Source: Candidatus Kapaibacterium sp. (lineage in GTDB: Bacteria > Bacteroidota > Ignavibacteria > Kapaibacteriales > UBA2268). From it: 64,000 nucleotides of DNA. The notes below the pieces were generated by a model, which was given only the letters and a program-made list of their open reading frames with translations, was not told the DNA's origin and did not search any database. Location: contig OY762428.1 of assembly GCA_963665665.1 (NCBI GenBank), forward strand, positions 1,472,001 to 1,536,000, in the 5' to 3' direction. The position numbers and the translations under genes were made by a program. Positions 30,015 to 41,105 of this stretch are shown piece by piece (the first letter of the stretch is position 1; the number at the start of each line of letters is the position of its first letter).

Positions 30015-30443
30015 TTATTGCTGCTGTGCTTCCCGGTCTTTCTTTGTTATCACAAGGTCTTTCAAATTCGGAATGTAGGGTTTCGGTTTATCCCATTCCA
30101 AATCGCCTTTTGCCCATACATAAGCCAGCCCTGCAAGAAGAATTACCACGAATACGAACATCTCGATGAAAGCAAACCACCCGAGGCCTTTGAAAACTGT
30201 TGCCCAGGGAAATAAAAATACGACTTCCACGTCAAACAGCAAGAAGACAAGAGCTACTACGTAAAACCTGGGATTAAATCTAATCCAGGGAGTGCCTATA
30301 GGTTCCTCGCCGCATTCGTAAGTGGATAATTTTTCTTTCGTGGGTTTGCTGGGCCTGACAATCGAGGAGGCAAATATACCTATTGCAACAAAAACACCAC
30401 CGATTATCATAAATAAAAGGATAATTCCAAAATCGGTTAGCAT
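30015..30443 (-). CDS. nuoA: NADH-quinone oxidoreductase subunit A
   Basis: YECGEEP, FDVEVVFLFPW and KGDLEW. Confidence 0.95.
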   Translation of the reverse strand: MLTDFGIILLFMIIGGVFVAIGIFASSIVRPSKPTKEKLSTYECGEEPIGTPWIRFNPRFYVVALVFLLFDVEVVFLFPWATVFKGLGWFAFIEMFVFVVILLAGLAYVWAKGDLEWDKPKPYIPNLKDLVITKKDREAQQQ

Positions 30444-30838
30444 AAATTCCCCACTATGATTATTAATATCTAAATGCTCTGTTACAAGCAGTCAAGTTCT
30501 AAAATAAGGAAATTTATCATAAATATCGATTTTTTTTGCTGTTTTTCTAAATTTTTTTTTCAACCGGAATTTTCAAATTATTTATAATCAATAATTTAAT
30601 TACAAACAATATTCCCCGGCGGTAATTTTTTAAAATCAGCATCAATACTAATAATAATTAAATTTCCGAATTTCTTTTTCCAATCACTTAATAATAAGAA
30701 AAAATGATTACTATTACAGCTATGTTTCTTTATCTGTAATCGTGATGTGTGCACATCAAAATCATACGCCCAAAGCAGTATCTGTCCTATCAAACTTAAT
30801 TATGTGTGATAATTGAATTTGCCTGATTCCGAATAAAA

Positions 30839-30866
30839 AAAGCTCCGGAAAACTACTCCGGAGCTT
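30839..30866 (-). terminator. Intrinsic terminator of the FadF-like gene
   Basis: AAAGCTCCGGA-AAACTAC-TCCGGAGCTT preceded by an A-tract (U-tract on the minus strand). Confidence 0.75.
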
Positions 30867-30890
30867 AATAAAAAATATTTATTAAAAAGA

Positions 30891-32894
30891 TTATTTATCC
30901 AGATTTTCCAGGATAATCTCTGCAATATCTTTAACCTCTATGTTTTCTTTGTCGAGAGCTTTCACGCCGTCGGTAAGCATGGTCATACAGAAAGGACAGT
31001 TAGCCGCAATAGTATCGGCTCCTGTTGCCAGTAGTTCTTCTGTACGTTCGATATTAACCCTCTTTCCTTCAGTCTCTTCCATGAACATCTGTCCGCCGCC
31101 GGCACCGCAGCAGAATCCTTTATCGCCGGTTCGGCCCGGTTCCAGTATGCTCAGCCCGGGAACACTTTTAATTGTATTTCTCGGAGCTTCGAATATACCG
31201 TTGTAGCGGCCCAGGTAACATGAATCATGATAAGCAACTTTCCTGGCTCCATTGCCTTTAAGTTTCAGCTTGCCTTCTTTTATAAGCTGGTTTAAAAATT
31301 CCGAATGAGGAATAACTTCATATTCCGCACCAAACAAAGGATAATCATTTTTAAATGTGTTGAAGCAATGCGGACATATAGTAACAATTTTCTTAACATC
31401 ATATGCGCTCATTGTTTCGATGTTTGTTTTTACCAGCATATCAGCCAGGTATTCATTACCGGTTCTGCGGGCAATATCGCCGTTGCACATTTCTTCTGTA
31501 CCAAGAATAGCGTAATTTACGCCTGCCTCGTTAAGCAGCTTGCTGAAAGCCATAGATATTTTCTTTGCCCTGTCGTCATAGCTGCCCGCGCAGCCAACCC
31601 AGAACAAAACATCAAAATCCTGCTTCTCGGCAGCAGTAGGAACTTCAAGCCCCTCTGCCCAGTCAGCTCGCTCTTCCTGTGAAAATGACCAGGGTGTGGC
31701 GTTATTTTCCAGATCGCCAAAGCTTGACTGCAATTCTGCAGGAAAATCTGATTCCATCATCACAAGGTTTCGCCTCATGCCAACAATAACCGGAACATGT
31801 TCGATTGATACAGGGCATTCCTGCATACATGCACCGCATGTAGTACACTGCCATAGAGCTGTTGTACTTTCATAATCACCAACAAAGCGTTTTTCAAGAA
31901 CTTTTTGTTCATCCTCAGTAAGTTCTGCCTCCGGATTATCCTGAAGTTTCAAAATAATAGCGGCAGCATCAACCGTGCGTTCCCTCATCTGAACAATTAT
32001 TTCCCTCGGGCTGAGCTCTTTACCAGTTGTATTAGCAGGGCAAACACTTGCACAGCGTCCGCAATGAGTACATGAGTAAGAATCGAGGATATTTTTCCAG
32101 CTCAGGTCATCAATATCAACAACTCCGAATTTTTCAATACTTTCATCCTCGAAATCAATTGTTTCCAGGCTGTTCGGAAATCCGAGCTTTCCAAAATAAA
32201 CATTTGGAATTGAAGTATAAACGTGAAAATGCTTTGAATAAGGAAGAAAATTCGCAAATCCCAGAATTGTAATTATATGTATCCACCAGCAAACCTCGTA
32301 AACAGTACCGGCTGAAGATAATGAAATTATTGAAGCTCCAATGGCGCTGCTAACCGGCCTTATTGCCCATGCCTCGCCCGGAATCAACACAGAATGAGCA
32401 GCATTCTGAATAAGAAGTGAAACGGTGATAGTAAATATTGCACCGAGAACGATCGTTGCATCCAACACTTCGCTCTTGTCGCCCTGAAGCCTTTCAATTT
32501 TAAAAACAAACCTGCGCAGGAAAGCAATTACTATTGCAATAATAATAACAACACAGAAAATATCTGTAGACAAGGTTATCAAAGAATAAAGCGGCCCGAG
32601 AAATCCCCATGTAAAGCCATGATAGAATCCCTGTATAACACCTTCCGAAGCCGAAAAAAGAAATACCAGAAAGCCCCAGAAAATACCGGCATGAACGGGT
32701 CCGGCGGCAGAATCACGGAAAATCTTGGATTGGCCTATGGCAATTTTCAGAACATTAGCTATCCGGGCTCCTGCATTATCGGAACGATCCTCGGCTTTTG
32801 CCACTTTCATCAATCCGAGGACTTTCTTCAGGCTGGTATAAAGAAATACCATCGCTGCTATAAAAATCAAAGCGAAAACTATTGTTTTGATCAT
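30891..32894 (-). CDS. Membrane-bound Fe-S oxidoreductase (FadF/EMO/HdrD-GlpC type: TM domain, two 4Fe-4S, two CCG domains)
   Basis: HAGIFWGF, PYSKHFH, CTHCGRCASVCP, CTTCGACMQECP, CPHC, HDSCYLGR, CCGAGGG and CPFC. Confidence 0.88.
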   Translation of the reverse strand: MIKTIVFALIFIAAMVFLYTSLKKVLGLMKVAKAEDRSDNAGARIANVLKIAIGQSKIFRDSAAGPVHAGIFWGFLVFLFSASEGVIQGFYHGFTWGFLGPLYSLITLSTDIFCVVIIIAIVIAFLRRFVFKIERLQGDKSEVLDATIVLGAIFTITVSLLIQNAAHSVLIPGEAWAIRPVSSAIGASIISLSSAGTVYEVCWWIHIITILGFANFLPYSKHFHVYTSIPNVYFGKLGFPNSLETIDFEDESIEKFGVVDIDDLSWKNILDSYSCTHCGRCASVCPANTTGKELSPREIIVQMRERTVDAAAIILKLQDNPEAELTEDEQKVLEKRFVGDYESTTALWQCTTCGACMQECPVSIEHVPVIVGMRRNLVMMESDFPAELQSSFGDLENNATPWSFSQEERADWAEGLEVPTAAEKQDFDVLFWVGCAGSYDDRAKKISMAFSKLLNEAGVNYAILGTEEMCNGDIARRTGNEYLADMLVKTNIETMSAYDVKKIVTICPHCFNTFKNDYPLFGAEYEVIPHSEFLNQLIKEGKLKLKGNGARKVAYHDSCYLGRYNGIFEAPRNTIKSVPGLSILEPGRTGDKGFCCGAGGGQMFMEETEGKRVNIERTEELLATGADTIAANCPFCMTMLTDGVKALDKENIEVKDIAEIILENLDK

Positions 32895-33177
32895 CTCATC
32901 TCATCTTTATTTTTCAACAATATTATTTCCCAAAAAAAATAAAAGCACAAGGCTTTTCAAACCCAAAATAACTTGAAAATTAGTCCTAATCATTCATTTC
33001 TGCAAGGAATTATCCAAACTAATATTATTATCCGAAACAAAACTTTTATATTCCCCTTACTCTATTAAGCTAAAAAATAATGAGTTATGAAAAAAGATAA
33101 ATTTTCAAAATTCTTGAAAAGATTTTATCTTGCTATCAGGTAAAATGCATTTTTAAAATAACGGTTGTTATAAAAAG

Positions 33178-33747
33178 ATGGCCAGATCAATAGTTTTTAC
33201 CAGGAATGATGTAATTGAAGCAGGCTTCGACATCGTCCGGGAAGAAGGAATACATTTCCTGACTGCCAGGAAAGTTGCTACAGAGATGAACGCCTCTACG
33301 GCTCCGGTTTACAGTCACTTTGCATCTATGGATGAGTTACGTCGCGAAGTAATAATTAAATCGAAAGAATTACTTACTGAATATACAGTTAAGAACTATG
33401 AATTCGAAGAATACATAGATATAGGCATCGGCATTGTTCTGTTCGCACAGGAGGAAGGGAACCTTTACAAAGCTCTTTTCCTGGAAAATACGGAAGACAG
33501 GGATATCGTTAATGATTTTCTTATTAACATGAAAATAAAACTGGACAAGAACCAATCCTTCTCATCAATTGACAGCTTTCAACGAATAAGGCTTCTGTAC
33601 AAAATGTGGTTTTTCGCTCACGGATTTGCTACATTAACCTGCGCCGGACTTTATAAATCATGCAGTGCTTCAAAAATTGGAAAAGTACTGAATGAAACAG
33701 GCGAATCCCTGATAAACGATGCACTAAGGAAACATGGTTCCGAATAA
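33178..33747 (+). CDS. TetR/AcrR-family transcriptional regulator
   Basis: N-terminal HTH LTARKVATEMNASTAPVYSHF; C-terminal WFFAHGFA. Confidence 0.88.
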   Translation: MARSIVFTRNDVIEAGFDIVREEGIHFLTARKVATEMNASTAPVYSHFASMDELRREVIIKSKELLTEYTVKNYEFEEYIDIGIGIVLFAQEEGNLYKALFLENTEDRDIVNDFLINMKIKLDKNQSFSSIDSFQRIRLLYKMWFFAHGFATLTCAGLYKSCSASKIGKVLNETGESLINDALRKHGSE

Positions 33748-33813
33748 GTGATTATTTGCCTTACTTAAAAAAAATGCTTATATTATCTAAAAATTATATA
33801 ATCAGGATAGATC

Positions 33814-34659
33814 ATGAACAGTAAAGCTGCAACAACTAAAAATGACAGCATCATTCCCGGCGGCGACCTGGCAGACGAACTGCCATTGTGGTCATCGAAT
33901 TTTGCCTGGATGCTGTTGGAGAAAATCAATTTCAAGAAGAATATCAATATACTTGATGTAGGATGCGGTACCGGCTTTTTAAGTATAGAGCTTGCTCAAC
34001 GCTTTGGCAATGATTGCAAAGTAACGGCTCTGGATATTGATCCGATCATGATAGACAGGCTTAAGCAAAAAACAGACTTCCTAAACATAGAAAATATTGA
34101 TCCGGTTGTTGCTAATGCCGAAGATATGCCATTCGACAAGCAAAGTTTTGACCTTATAATATCAAACAACGGGGCAAATAATGCTGATGATTTTGAAGCA
34201 GTAATAGGAGAAGTTGGCAGAGTTTCCAAACGCGGGGCGCAATTCCTCCTTTGCCAGAACACAAGGCGTACATTTATTGAATTTTATGAGCAGTTCGAAA
34301 AAGCAGTTAAAGAAATCGGAAAACCCGAAATTATAAGCAGTATAAAATCACATATTAATGATAAAAGAAGAAACCGTGACAGTATATACGAGACGCTTAT
34401 AAATGTTGGATTCAATGTGAAAAATATTTATACAGACACTTTCTTCTATCGCTTTGCCGACGGAACGTCGATGATGGATTACCACCTGATAAAGCATTTT
34501 TTCAGGAAATCATGGGATAAGCTTGTTCCCGAGGAGGACAGAACAAATGTATACGCATTAGTTGAAAAGAACCTTAATAAAAAAGCTGAAAGACTTGGAG
34601 AAGTAATTCTGTCTGTACCATATTTCTGTTTCGAAAGCAAGAAAGTTCTGGCATTTTAG
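33814..34659 (+). CDS. Class I SAM-dependent methyltransferase
   Basis: ILDVGCGTG, ALDID and AEDMPFDKQSFDLIISN. Confidence 0.88.
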   Translation: MNSKAATTKNDSIIPGGDLADELPLWSSNFAWMLLEKINFKKNINILDVGCGTGFLSIELAQRFGNDCKVTALDIDPIMIDRLKQKTDFLNIENIDPVVANAEDMPFDKQSFDLIISNNGANNADDFEAVIGEVGRVSKRGAQFLLCQNTRRTFIEFYEQFEKAVKEIGKPEIISSIKSHINDKRRNRDSIYETLINVGFNVKNIYTDTFFYRFADGTSMMDYHLIKHFFRKSWDKLVPEEDRTNVYALVEKNLNKKAERLGEVILSVPYFCFESKKVLAF

Positions 34660-34686
34660 TTAAGATTCGTCCATACGGAGGGCACA

Positions 34687-35595
34687 ATGAAAAAGATAGG
34701 TATTATATACGGTATGGAGCAGAGCTTCCCCCCTGCCCTGTGCGAAAAAATAAATGATAAAGGCAAAAACGCAGTTGTCGCTGAAATAATGAAAATCGGG
34801 GCCGGCCTGTTGGATATAATTCCTGAATACGACTTGATTTTCGACAGAGCATCACAGGAAGTCCCCTTTTATTCGTCAATGCTGAAAGCAGCTGCGCTAA
34901 AAGGAATCAAAGTAGTTAACAATCCATTCAGGAAATGTGCCGATGATAATTTTTTTCACGCTGTAATGGCAAATATGAATGGTATAAAAGTCCCGCGCAC
35001 AGCTTTGCTTCCAAGCAAGGAGCATCCTCCCGGAGCAAGTTCGGAATCTTTGAAAAACCTGCAATACCCTTTGGATTGGGATGAAATATTTGATTATGTA
35101 GGATGGCCGGCAGTTCTTAAGCCTAATAAGGGAAACGGAAATTTTATATCATATAAGGTATACAACCCAAATGAATTTTTCGCGGCCTACGACCTTACAG
35201 GCAATAAGGTAATGATACTTCAGGAATCAATTGATTATAAGAAGTATTTCAGATGCTATGTTATCGGCGGCAGAAAAGTAAGAATTATGGAGTACGAACC
35301 TGCACGCCCCCACCACATGAGATACAAACCCGGCGAAGCTGATATCAGCCCCGACCTTAAGGACAGAATATCTGAAACTTGTACACAAGTCAGCCAAAAG
35401 CTGGGATTTGATTTCAACGCAGTGGAATTTGCACTTTCGGGGAATGATCTGTACGCTATGGATTTCCTGAACCCGCAGCCAAACGCCGAACAGGCATTCC
35501 TAAAGGATGAGAACTTCGGGTGGCTTGTTTCCAAAACTGCCGACTTCCTGATACTTCAAGCTCTGGAGGAAAGGAAAGAAAAAGAAATATTCTGA
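34687..35595 (+). CDS. ATP-grasp (RimK/glutathione synthetase-like) protein
   Basis: VVNNPF, VPRTALLP, PAVLKP, ILQESI, FNAVEF and DFLNP. Confidence 0.8.
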   Translation: MKKIGIIYGMEQSFPPALCEKINDKGKNAVVAEIMKIGAGLLDIIPEYDLIFDRASQEVPFYSSMLKAAALKGIKVVNNPFRKCADDNFFHAVMANMNGIKVPRTALLPSKEHPPGASSESLKNLQYPLDWDEIFDYVGWPAVLKPNKGNGNFISYKVYNPNEFFAAYDLTGNKVMILQESIDYKKYFRCYVIGGRKVRIMEYEPARPHHMRYKPGEADISPDLKDRISETCTQVSQKLGFDFNAVEFALSGNDLYAMDFLNPQPNAEQAFLKDENFGWLVSKTADFLILQALEERKEKEIF

Positions 35596-35856
35596 AATTA
35601 TCAGGCTTTACTAAAACATGATAAATAATTTTCTACACACAAAAAGTGTAGGTTCAAGTGAAAACTTCTATTATTAACATGATGTTTTTAAACAATAACC
35701 ATTATTTATATTAAAAATTAAGAAATTTTTGATTATTGTACTATCTTTTTGTATCTTCAATTATAGCAATTTTTTAGGAATTTGTTCAGCTAAAAAGATT
35801 CAAGATTTAATAAAAATAAATCATTTGTCTTAATAATTATAATATTCGAGGTTGTC

Positions 35857-37368
35857 ATGAAGTTACTACCCTTTTTCCATCTACTACTACTCGTCTCTTT
35901 TCTCATATCTTGTAACGATAGTAATTCAGAATTTAACAAAACTATTCAACAAACAAAAAAGTTGGATATTGTAAAAAATGAACAAAATCAAAAATTGATG
36001 TCTGAAATTGAAAAAAAAGAAAAAAACATTACCTTCAAAGAAAAAATTTTTAGAACTTCTACCAATATTGATGAGTTTCTTTTATTTGACTCGAATCCGG
36101 AAATTTATCCAGGAGCAATTGTTAGAATTAATGATATCTCCAAAGGACAATTAGATGGGGTATTTAATAGTAATCGTTCTGGATCAACAATAACACTTTC
36201 TCAGGTTGGTAGTTCCTTTGCTAAAAAAATTGATGCAGCAAATGTACAAACAACGATATTTGATATTTTAAAAAATCTTAATAATTCTCAACAGGCAGAT
36301 TTTAATATACTCAGTTTAAAAACCGAAAATATTGAGAAATCTTGTATTGAAGCCAAAATTGAAATTGGTTGGCTACCAGCAAAATTTAAAGCAGGTGTAA
36401 AAAACAAAAACAGTCATAAATCATCTGAATCTATCTTAATATTTCGTCAAGTTTATTATACTGCTTCTTTTGAAGCTCCTGATAACCCGAAAGATTTATT
36501 TAATACCGAAGCCAATTTAGCCGAAATATCTAAAACCATCATTCCTAATAATCCGTATGCTTATGTTTCCCAAGTTAGTTATGGCAGACAGGTTATTATT
36601 AAAACAAAAAAGCAAGGAAATATTAAAGAACTTGAAACCAATATTGAAGCAAGGCTAATGGGAGCAAAGTCTGGAATTAATAATCAATCATATTCTTCAT
36701 TGAAGGAAGAAAAAATTGATGCATTAATAATTGGCGGAAGAGCAAAAAATGGTACAAACCTACTTAAGACCGACAATGTTAAATCATTATTAGATATTTT
36801 AGAGAAAGACAATACTGTAAGCGTCTCAAATCCAGGAGTTCCGATATCATATAAATTAAAATATTTATCTGATAATTCAACTGTTGCGTATGGCAAAGAA
36901 GTTGAGTTTAAAGAATATGAGTATAAGAAACAGAAAATACAAGTTGAACTAACAGGCTTTAGAATTATTAAAGACTGCGATGGTTTTCTAGAAGGTTGGG
37001 GAGAATTTTATTATGATTTTAATATTCTTGATAAAAATGGAAACCAACTTGTACATTATTCCAAAGATAACAACCATTGTCATAATGGTCGTAATGGTCA
37101 ATTTGTTGAATCTTTACAAGAAAAGAAAATATTTGAAATTGATAAAAGTCCTGATAATTTTTTTAAAATTAGTGGTGCTTTAATGGAAAATGATAATGGG
37201 AAACCATTTTTAGTTGGTAAAATTGATGAAATAATCTCTTTTCCCTGGTCAGCAAATGATCTAAGTAATCGGAATAAAAATGATAAATATTTTGGTTACT
37301 ATGTAATTCCATTAAAAAATGGTACTAATTGTGAAGTTGAAGTTTGGGTAAAATTTACAAAATTATAA
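35857..37368 (+). CDS. Thiol-activated/cholesterol-dependent cytolysin-like (CDCL) lipoprotein
   Basis: Lipobox LISC; IYPGAI, FRQVYYTAS, AYVSQVSYGR and PGVPISYKLKYL core motifs. The C-terminal domain lacks the ECTGLAWEWWR undecapeptide. Confidence 0.82.
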   Translation: MKLLPFFHLLLLVSFLISCNDSNSEFNKTIQQTKKLDIVKNEQNQKLMSEIEKKEKNITFKEKIFRTSTNIDEFLLFDSNPEIYPGAIVRINDISKGQLDGVFNSNRSGSTITLSQVGSSFAKKIDAANVQTTIFDILKNLNNSQQADFNILSLKTENIEKSCIEAKIEIGWLPAKFKAGVKNKNSHKSSESILIFRQVYYTASFEAPDNPKDLFNTEANLAEISKTIIPNNPYAYVSQVSYGRQVIIKTKKQGNIKELETNIEARLMGAKSGINNQSYSSLKEEKIDALIIGGRAKNGTNLLKTDNVKSLLDILEKDNTVSVSNPGVPISYKLKYLSDNSTVAYGKEVEFKEYEYKKQKIQVELTGFRIIKDCDGFLEGWGEFYYDFNILDKNGNQLVHYSKDNNHCHNGRNGQFVESLQEKKIFEIDKSPDNFFKISGALMENDNGKPFLVGKIDEIISFPWSANDLSNRNKNDKYFGYYVIPLKNGTNCEVEVWVKFTKL

Positions 37369-37379
37369 CGGTATAAATT

Positions 37380-37568
37380 ATGCTTACTATAGTTGAAAAT
37401 CAAATTAAGATAATTGTTTTAGTTGGAACAATTTCAATTATATATGGATTTTGCTTTGGTTATCTAACATCAGAATTTGGTTTTATTTATTTGATAATTG
37501 CAATTGTTGTACACTTGTTTTTCTTACTATTTCTATCAAATAAAATTCGAAAAAAAATCCGGATGTGA
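37380..37568 (+). CDS. Small two-TM membrane protein
   Basis: 62 aa, two hydrophobic segments and a basic C-terminus. Starts 11 nt after the CDCL stop. Confidence 0.5.
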   Translation: MLTIVENQIKIIVLVGTISIIYGFCFGYLTSEFGFIYLIIAIVVHLFFLLFLSNKIRKKIRM

Positions 37569-37587
37569 AGCCACACCCGGATTTTTT
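37553..37587. terminator. Bidirectional terminator between the CDCL locus and asnS
   Basis: AAAAATCCGGATGTG-AAGC-CACACCCGGATTTTT. Confidence 0.75.
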
Positions 37588-37609
37588 ATATTTATCATGT
37601 ACTAAACTG

Positions 37610-38959
37610 CTACGGAACAATCCTGTGGATCATTCTCGGGAATGGGATAACCTCGCGGATGTGAGCTGCGCCGGAAATCCATTTTACTACCCTTTCCACA
37701 CCAAGGCCGAAACCGCTGTGCGGAACTGATCCGTACCGGCGGAGGTCCAGGAACCATTTAAATTCTTCCTCGGGCAGGTCGTGCTTTTTAATTCTTTCAA
37801 GCAGGTAGTCGAAGTTGTCTTCTCTCTGGCTGCCGCCGATGATCTCGCCGCCGCGTTCCGGGGCAAGCATATCCATTGCCATAACAACCTGCTCGTTTTC
37901 GGGATCCCGTTTCATGTAGAATGCTTTCACCTCTGTCGGGTAGCGGTGGATAATACATGGTTTATCGAACTGTTCCATGATAGCTTCTTCCTGTACGGTA
38001 CCGAAATCCTCGCCCCATGGGAAAGGCCTCGGAACGTCCTTGCCGTCGATTTTCTCTATCAGCGGAACGTCGTTTTTCTGTAGCCATTCAACAGCTTCGG
38101 AATAGCTCATCCTGTAGAACGGACGTTTAATTTTTTCAAGTTTTGTAATGTCTCTTTCCAGTGTTGCAAGTTCGCGCTGGCATGTTTTCAGAACGTACTG
38201 CACGATATATTCCACCAGGTCTTCCGCCAGGTCCATATCGTCGTTCAGGTCGAAATAAGCCATTTCAGGCTCAACCATCCAGAACTCTGTAAGGTGTTTC
38301 CTGGTTTTGGAATGTTCTGCGCGGAATGTAGGGCCGAATGTATAAACCTTGCCGAGCGCCATTGCGGAGGCTTCAGCATAGAGCTGGCCGGACTGTGAAA
38401 GGTATGCGCTTCCCAGGTCGAAATATTTTGTTTCGAACAATGTGGAAGTACCTTCGCATGCATTAGGAGTCAGGATTGGGGAATCCATCAGTCGGAAACC
38501 GTTGCCGTCGAAGAAGTCCCTGATAGCTTTAACTACAGCCGAGCGTATACGCATAATAGCGTGCTGGCGCGATGAACGCAGCCACAGGTGCCTGTGTTCG
38601 ATAAGGAATGCGTCGCCGTGTTCCTTAGGAGTGATGGGGTACTCCTGTGCAATCTGGTGAACTTTTATATTAGATACTGCTATTTCATATCCGCCGGGAG
38701 CCTTGTCGGTAGCAACAACTTTTCCTGTAACGGAAAGAGATGATTCCTGGGTAAGTTCCTTTGCGGCAGCGAATGTTTCCTCGTCAACATCATTTTTAAA
38801 AACAACACACTGGGCAACGCCGGTGCCGTCACGCATAATTATAAAATGCAGTTTTCCTTTACCTCTTTTGTTATATACCCAGCCGTTCAGGGTAACTTCT
38901 TCGCCCTCATGTTTTGCCAGGTCTTCAATTGCTATGTACGATTTGTAACGTGATTCCAT
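37610..38959 (-). CDS. asnS: Asparagine--tRNA ligase
   Basis: Likely start MESRY at 38959. [41 protein letters not shown] and PHSGFGLG. Confidence 0.93.
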   Translation of the reverse strand: MESRYKSYIAIEDLAKHEGEEVTLNGWVYNKRGKGKLHFIIMRDGTGVAQCVVFKNDVDEETFAAAKELTQESSLSVTGKVVATDKAPGGYEIAVSNIKVHQIAQEYPITPKEHGDAFLIEHRHLWLRSSRQHAIMRIRSAVVKAIRDFFDGNGFRLMDSPILTPNACEGTSTLFETKYFDLGSAYLSQSGQLYAEASAMALGKVYTFGPTFRAEHSKTRKHLTEFWMVEPEMAYFDLNDDMDLAEDLVEYIVQYVLKTCQRELATLERDITKLEKIKRPFYRMSYSEAVEWLQKNDVPLIEKIDGKDVPRPFPWGEDFGTVQEEAIMEQFDKPCIIHRYPTEVKAFYMKRDPENEQVVMAMDMLAPERGGEIIGGSQREDNFDYLLERIKKHDLPEEEFKWFLDLRRYGSVPHSGFGLGVERVVKWISGAAHIREVIPFPRMIHRIVP

Positions 38960-39053
38960 TTCATTCCTTAAACTAATTACAAATTTTTTTACTATATTTA
39001 ATACAAAGATACGAAGAAGCAACGGAATTATTAAATTATTAGCTGATACAGCC

Positions 39054-41096
39054 ATGGACAATAAAGAAAAAATCGTTGAAAAATACCGGTTCGAATATTA
39101 TAGCGCTGAAGAAGAAAAGTTTGCAGCCGGGCTTAAATTTAAAATTGAAGGCCTGGGATTAAACGAGGAAGCAGCGCTGATAGCCTACCTGATGAAAGCC
39201 GATATTAAAAATGAAAATATTAAAAAATATATTATTGAAAAATTCGGTACGAAAATTCACGAGAAACTTGAACTACTCCACAGGATAAGCAATATTAACT
39301 TCCCGGAAACAAGGAAGCAGATAGAAAACCTGAGGAAGCTTTTCGTTGAACTGACCGACGACCTGAACCTGATTTTTATAAAACTGGCAGAAAGGCTGAT
39401 AACGCTGAATCATTATGAAGAAGAAAATCATACTGATTTAATGAAGATATCCGAGGAATGCCTTTATCTTTATTCTCCTATTGCACACAGGCTTGGTATT
39501 AGGAAAATTTATACGGATATGGATGATATTTCCTTCAAAATACTATTTCCCGAAGATTTTAGAAAGCTGAACAGGATTATCGAGAAGAGACGGAAAAAGC
39601 TTGAAGACAAGCTCGACAATATGAGCAGGAAAATCACCGAAATACTTAGGAAAAACGGCATTGAAGCGAAAATTCAGAAACGTGTGAAAAGGCTCTACTC
39701 AATATTCCTGAAACTGAAGAACAAGGGCGTCAGCGTTGATGATGTATTCGATCTGATGGCTCTCAGGGTTATTACCGATTCTGTTGAAAAATGTTACCTT
39801 ACTCTCGGGCTGGTGCACAGGAACTGGATCTCGATAGAAGGACGATTTCGCGACTGGGTTACATTTCCCAAGCCGAACGGATACAGATCAATACAGACAA
39901 CAATTGTAACAAGGAATGGCGACCGGTTTGAAGTACAGATAAGAACTGACGAAATGCACCGGGAGGCTGAATACGGCTCGGCGGCACACTGGGCATACAA
40001 GGAATGCCTCACTGCCGATTCGTGGGTACTAAGGTTGAAAGAATTTCTTGAAAATGATGAATATTTTGATAATCCCTACGAACTCCTGGACCAGATGAAA
40101 GCCGAGATGAAAAGGGATTATATCCATATATTAACCCCACGCGGAGATATTCGAACTCTGCCCAAGGATTCCACGGCTGTGGATTTTGCCTATGCCATCC
40201 ATACAGAAGTCGGCAATAAAACCACTGGTGCCAAAGTAAACGGCAAATTGGTAAAACTTAAAACCAAACTGAAATCCGGCGATGTTGTGGAAGTGATAAC
40301 TAATAATAATGCCAAACCTTCCAGGGACTGGCTGGAATTTGTTAAAACATCAAGAGCCAGAAGTAAAATTCTTGTATTCGTGAAGAAAAACGAGGAGGCA
40401 CAGCTTATTCAGGACGGCAAGCGGGCATTTGAAAAATTAAAAAAACGTTTCCGCTCGAAAATTGAAGGACTTGACGACGATACTGAATTCCGCCGTAATT
40501 TGGTTAAAACCGGGTATAAATCGCCTGATGATTTCTATTCCGCGCTGGGCATAAAATCAATCAAGCCCGGCAGGCCTCTGCTCAGGAAACTCTACCCTGA
40601 AGCTTTCAAATCCGAGAAACCGGAAAAGCCGAAAACAACTGTGAATACGGAACAGGCTGCACCGAAGATAGAAGTTGCAGGGATAAAAAACGTTACAACG
40701 ACTATTGCCAAATGCTGCAATCCAATCAAAGGAACTGATATTATCGCTTATCTGACAAGAAATTCACAGGTGAAAATTCATTCCAAAAAATGCCGTATTG
40801 TCAAATCCGGACAGCTTGACGAGGAAAGGCTGCGCGAGGCAAAATGGATGGCCAATGATTCCGCTCAGTTTGCAAGTATTCGCCTGTTCGGAATTGAATT
40901 CAACAAGATGTTCAGCGAGTTCGTTACAATAGCCGAAGAAAACCACGTTTCTATCAACTCGCTGGAACGCCATGACGTGGACGACAGGGTTGTTGCAATT
41001 TATTCCCGGATAGAGGTAAAGGATGCAAGCCAGCTTGCCGGATTAAGAAGTAAACTACTTCTTTCGCGTGAAATTGATTCGGTGAAAATTATGTAG
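39054..41096 (+). CDS. Long RelA/SpoT homologue with a degenerate hydrolase domain
   Basis: Synthetase motifs [22 protein letters not shown] and AAHWAYK; TGS ([14 protein letters not shown]); AKCCNP; ACT-like C-terminus. No HD dyad. Confidence 0.9.
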   Translation: MDNKEKIVEKYRFEYYSAEEEKFAAGLKFKIEGLGLNEEAALIAYLMKADIKNENIKKYIIEKFGTKIHEKLELLHRISNINFPETRKQIENLRKLFVELTDDLNLIFIKLAERLITLNHYEEENHTDLMKISEECLYLYSPIAHRLGIRKIYTDMDDISFKILFPEDFRKLNRIIEKRRKKLEDKLDNMSRKITEILRKNGIEAKIQKRVKRLYSIFLKLKNKGVSVDDVFDLMALRVITDSVEKCYLTLGLVHRNWISIEGRFRDWVTFPKPNGYRSIQTTIVTRNGDRFEVQIRTDEMHREAEYGSAAHWAYKECLTADSWVLRLKEFLENDEYFDNPYELLDQMKAEMKRDYIHILTPRGDIRTLPKDSTAVDFAYAIHTEVGNKTTGAKVNGKLVKLKTKLKSGDVVEVITNNNAKPSRDWLEFVKTSRARSKILVFVKKNEEAQLIQDGKRAFEKLKKRFRSKIEGLDDDTEFRRNLVKTGYKSPDDFYSALGIKSIKPGRPLLRKLYPEAFKSEKPEKPKTTVNTEQAAPKIEVAGIKNVTTTIAKCCNPIKGTDIIAYLTRNSQVKIHSKKCRIVKSGQLDEERLREAKWMANDSAQFASIRLFGIEFNKMFSEFVTIAEENHVSINSLERHDVDDRVVAIYSRIEVKDASQLAGLRSKLLLSREIDSVKIM

Positions 41097-41105
41097 GTAT
41101 ATTTT

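Noticed and set aside
33814-35595. Methyltransferase and ATP-grasp genes as maturases of the CxxG peptides
   Set aside because: They are more than 14 kb away beyond the nuo operon and show no RRE. The cores are patterned on Cys and are nearly Lys-free, unlike graspetide cores.
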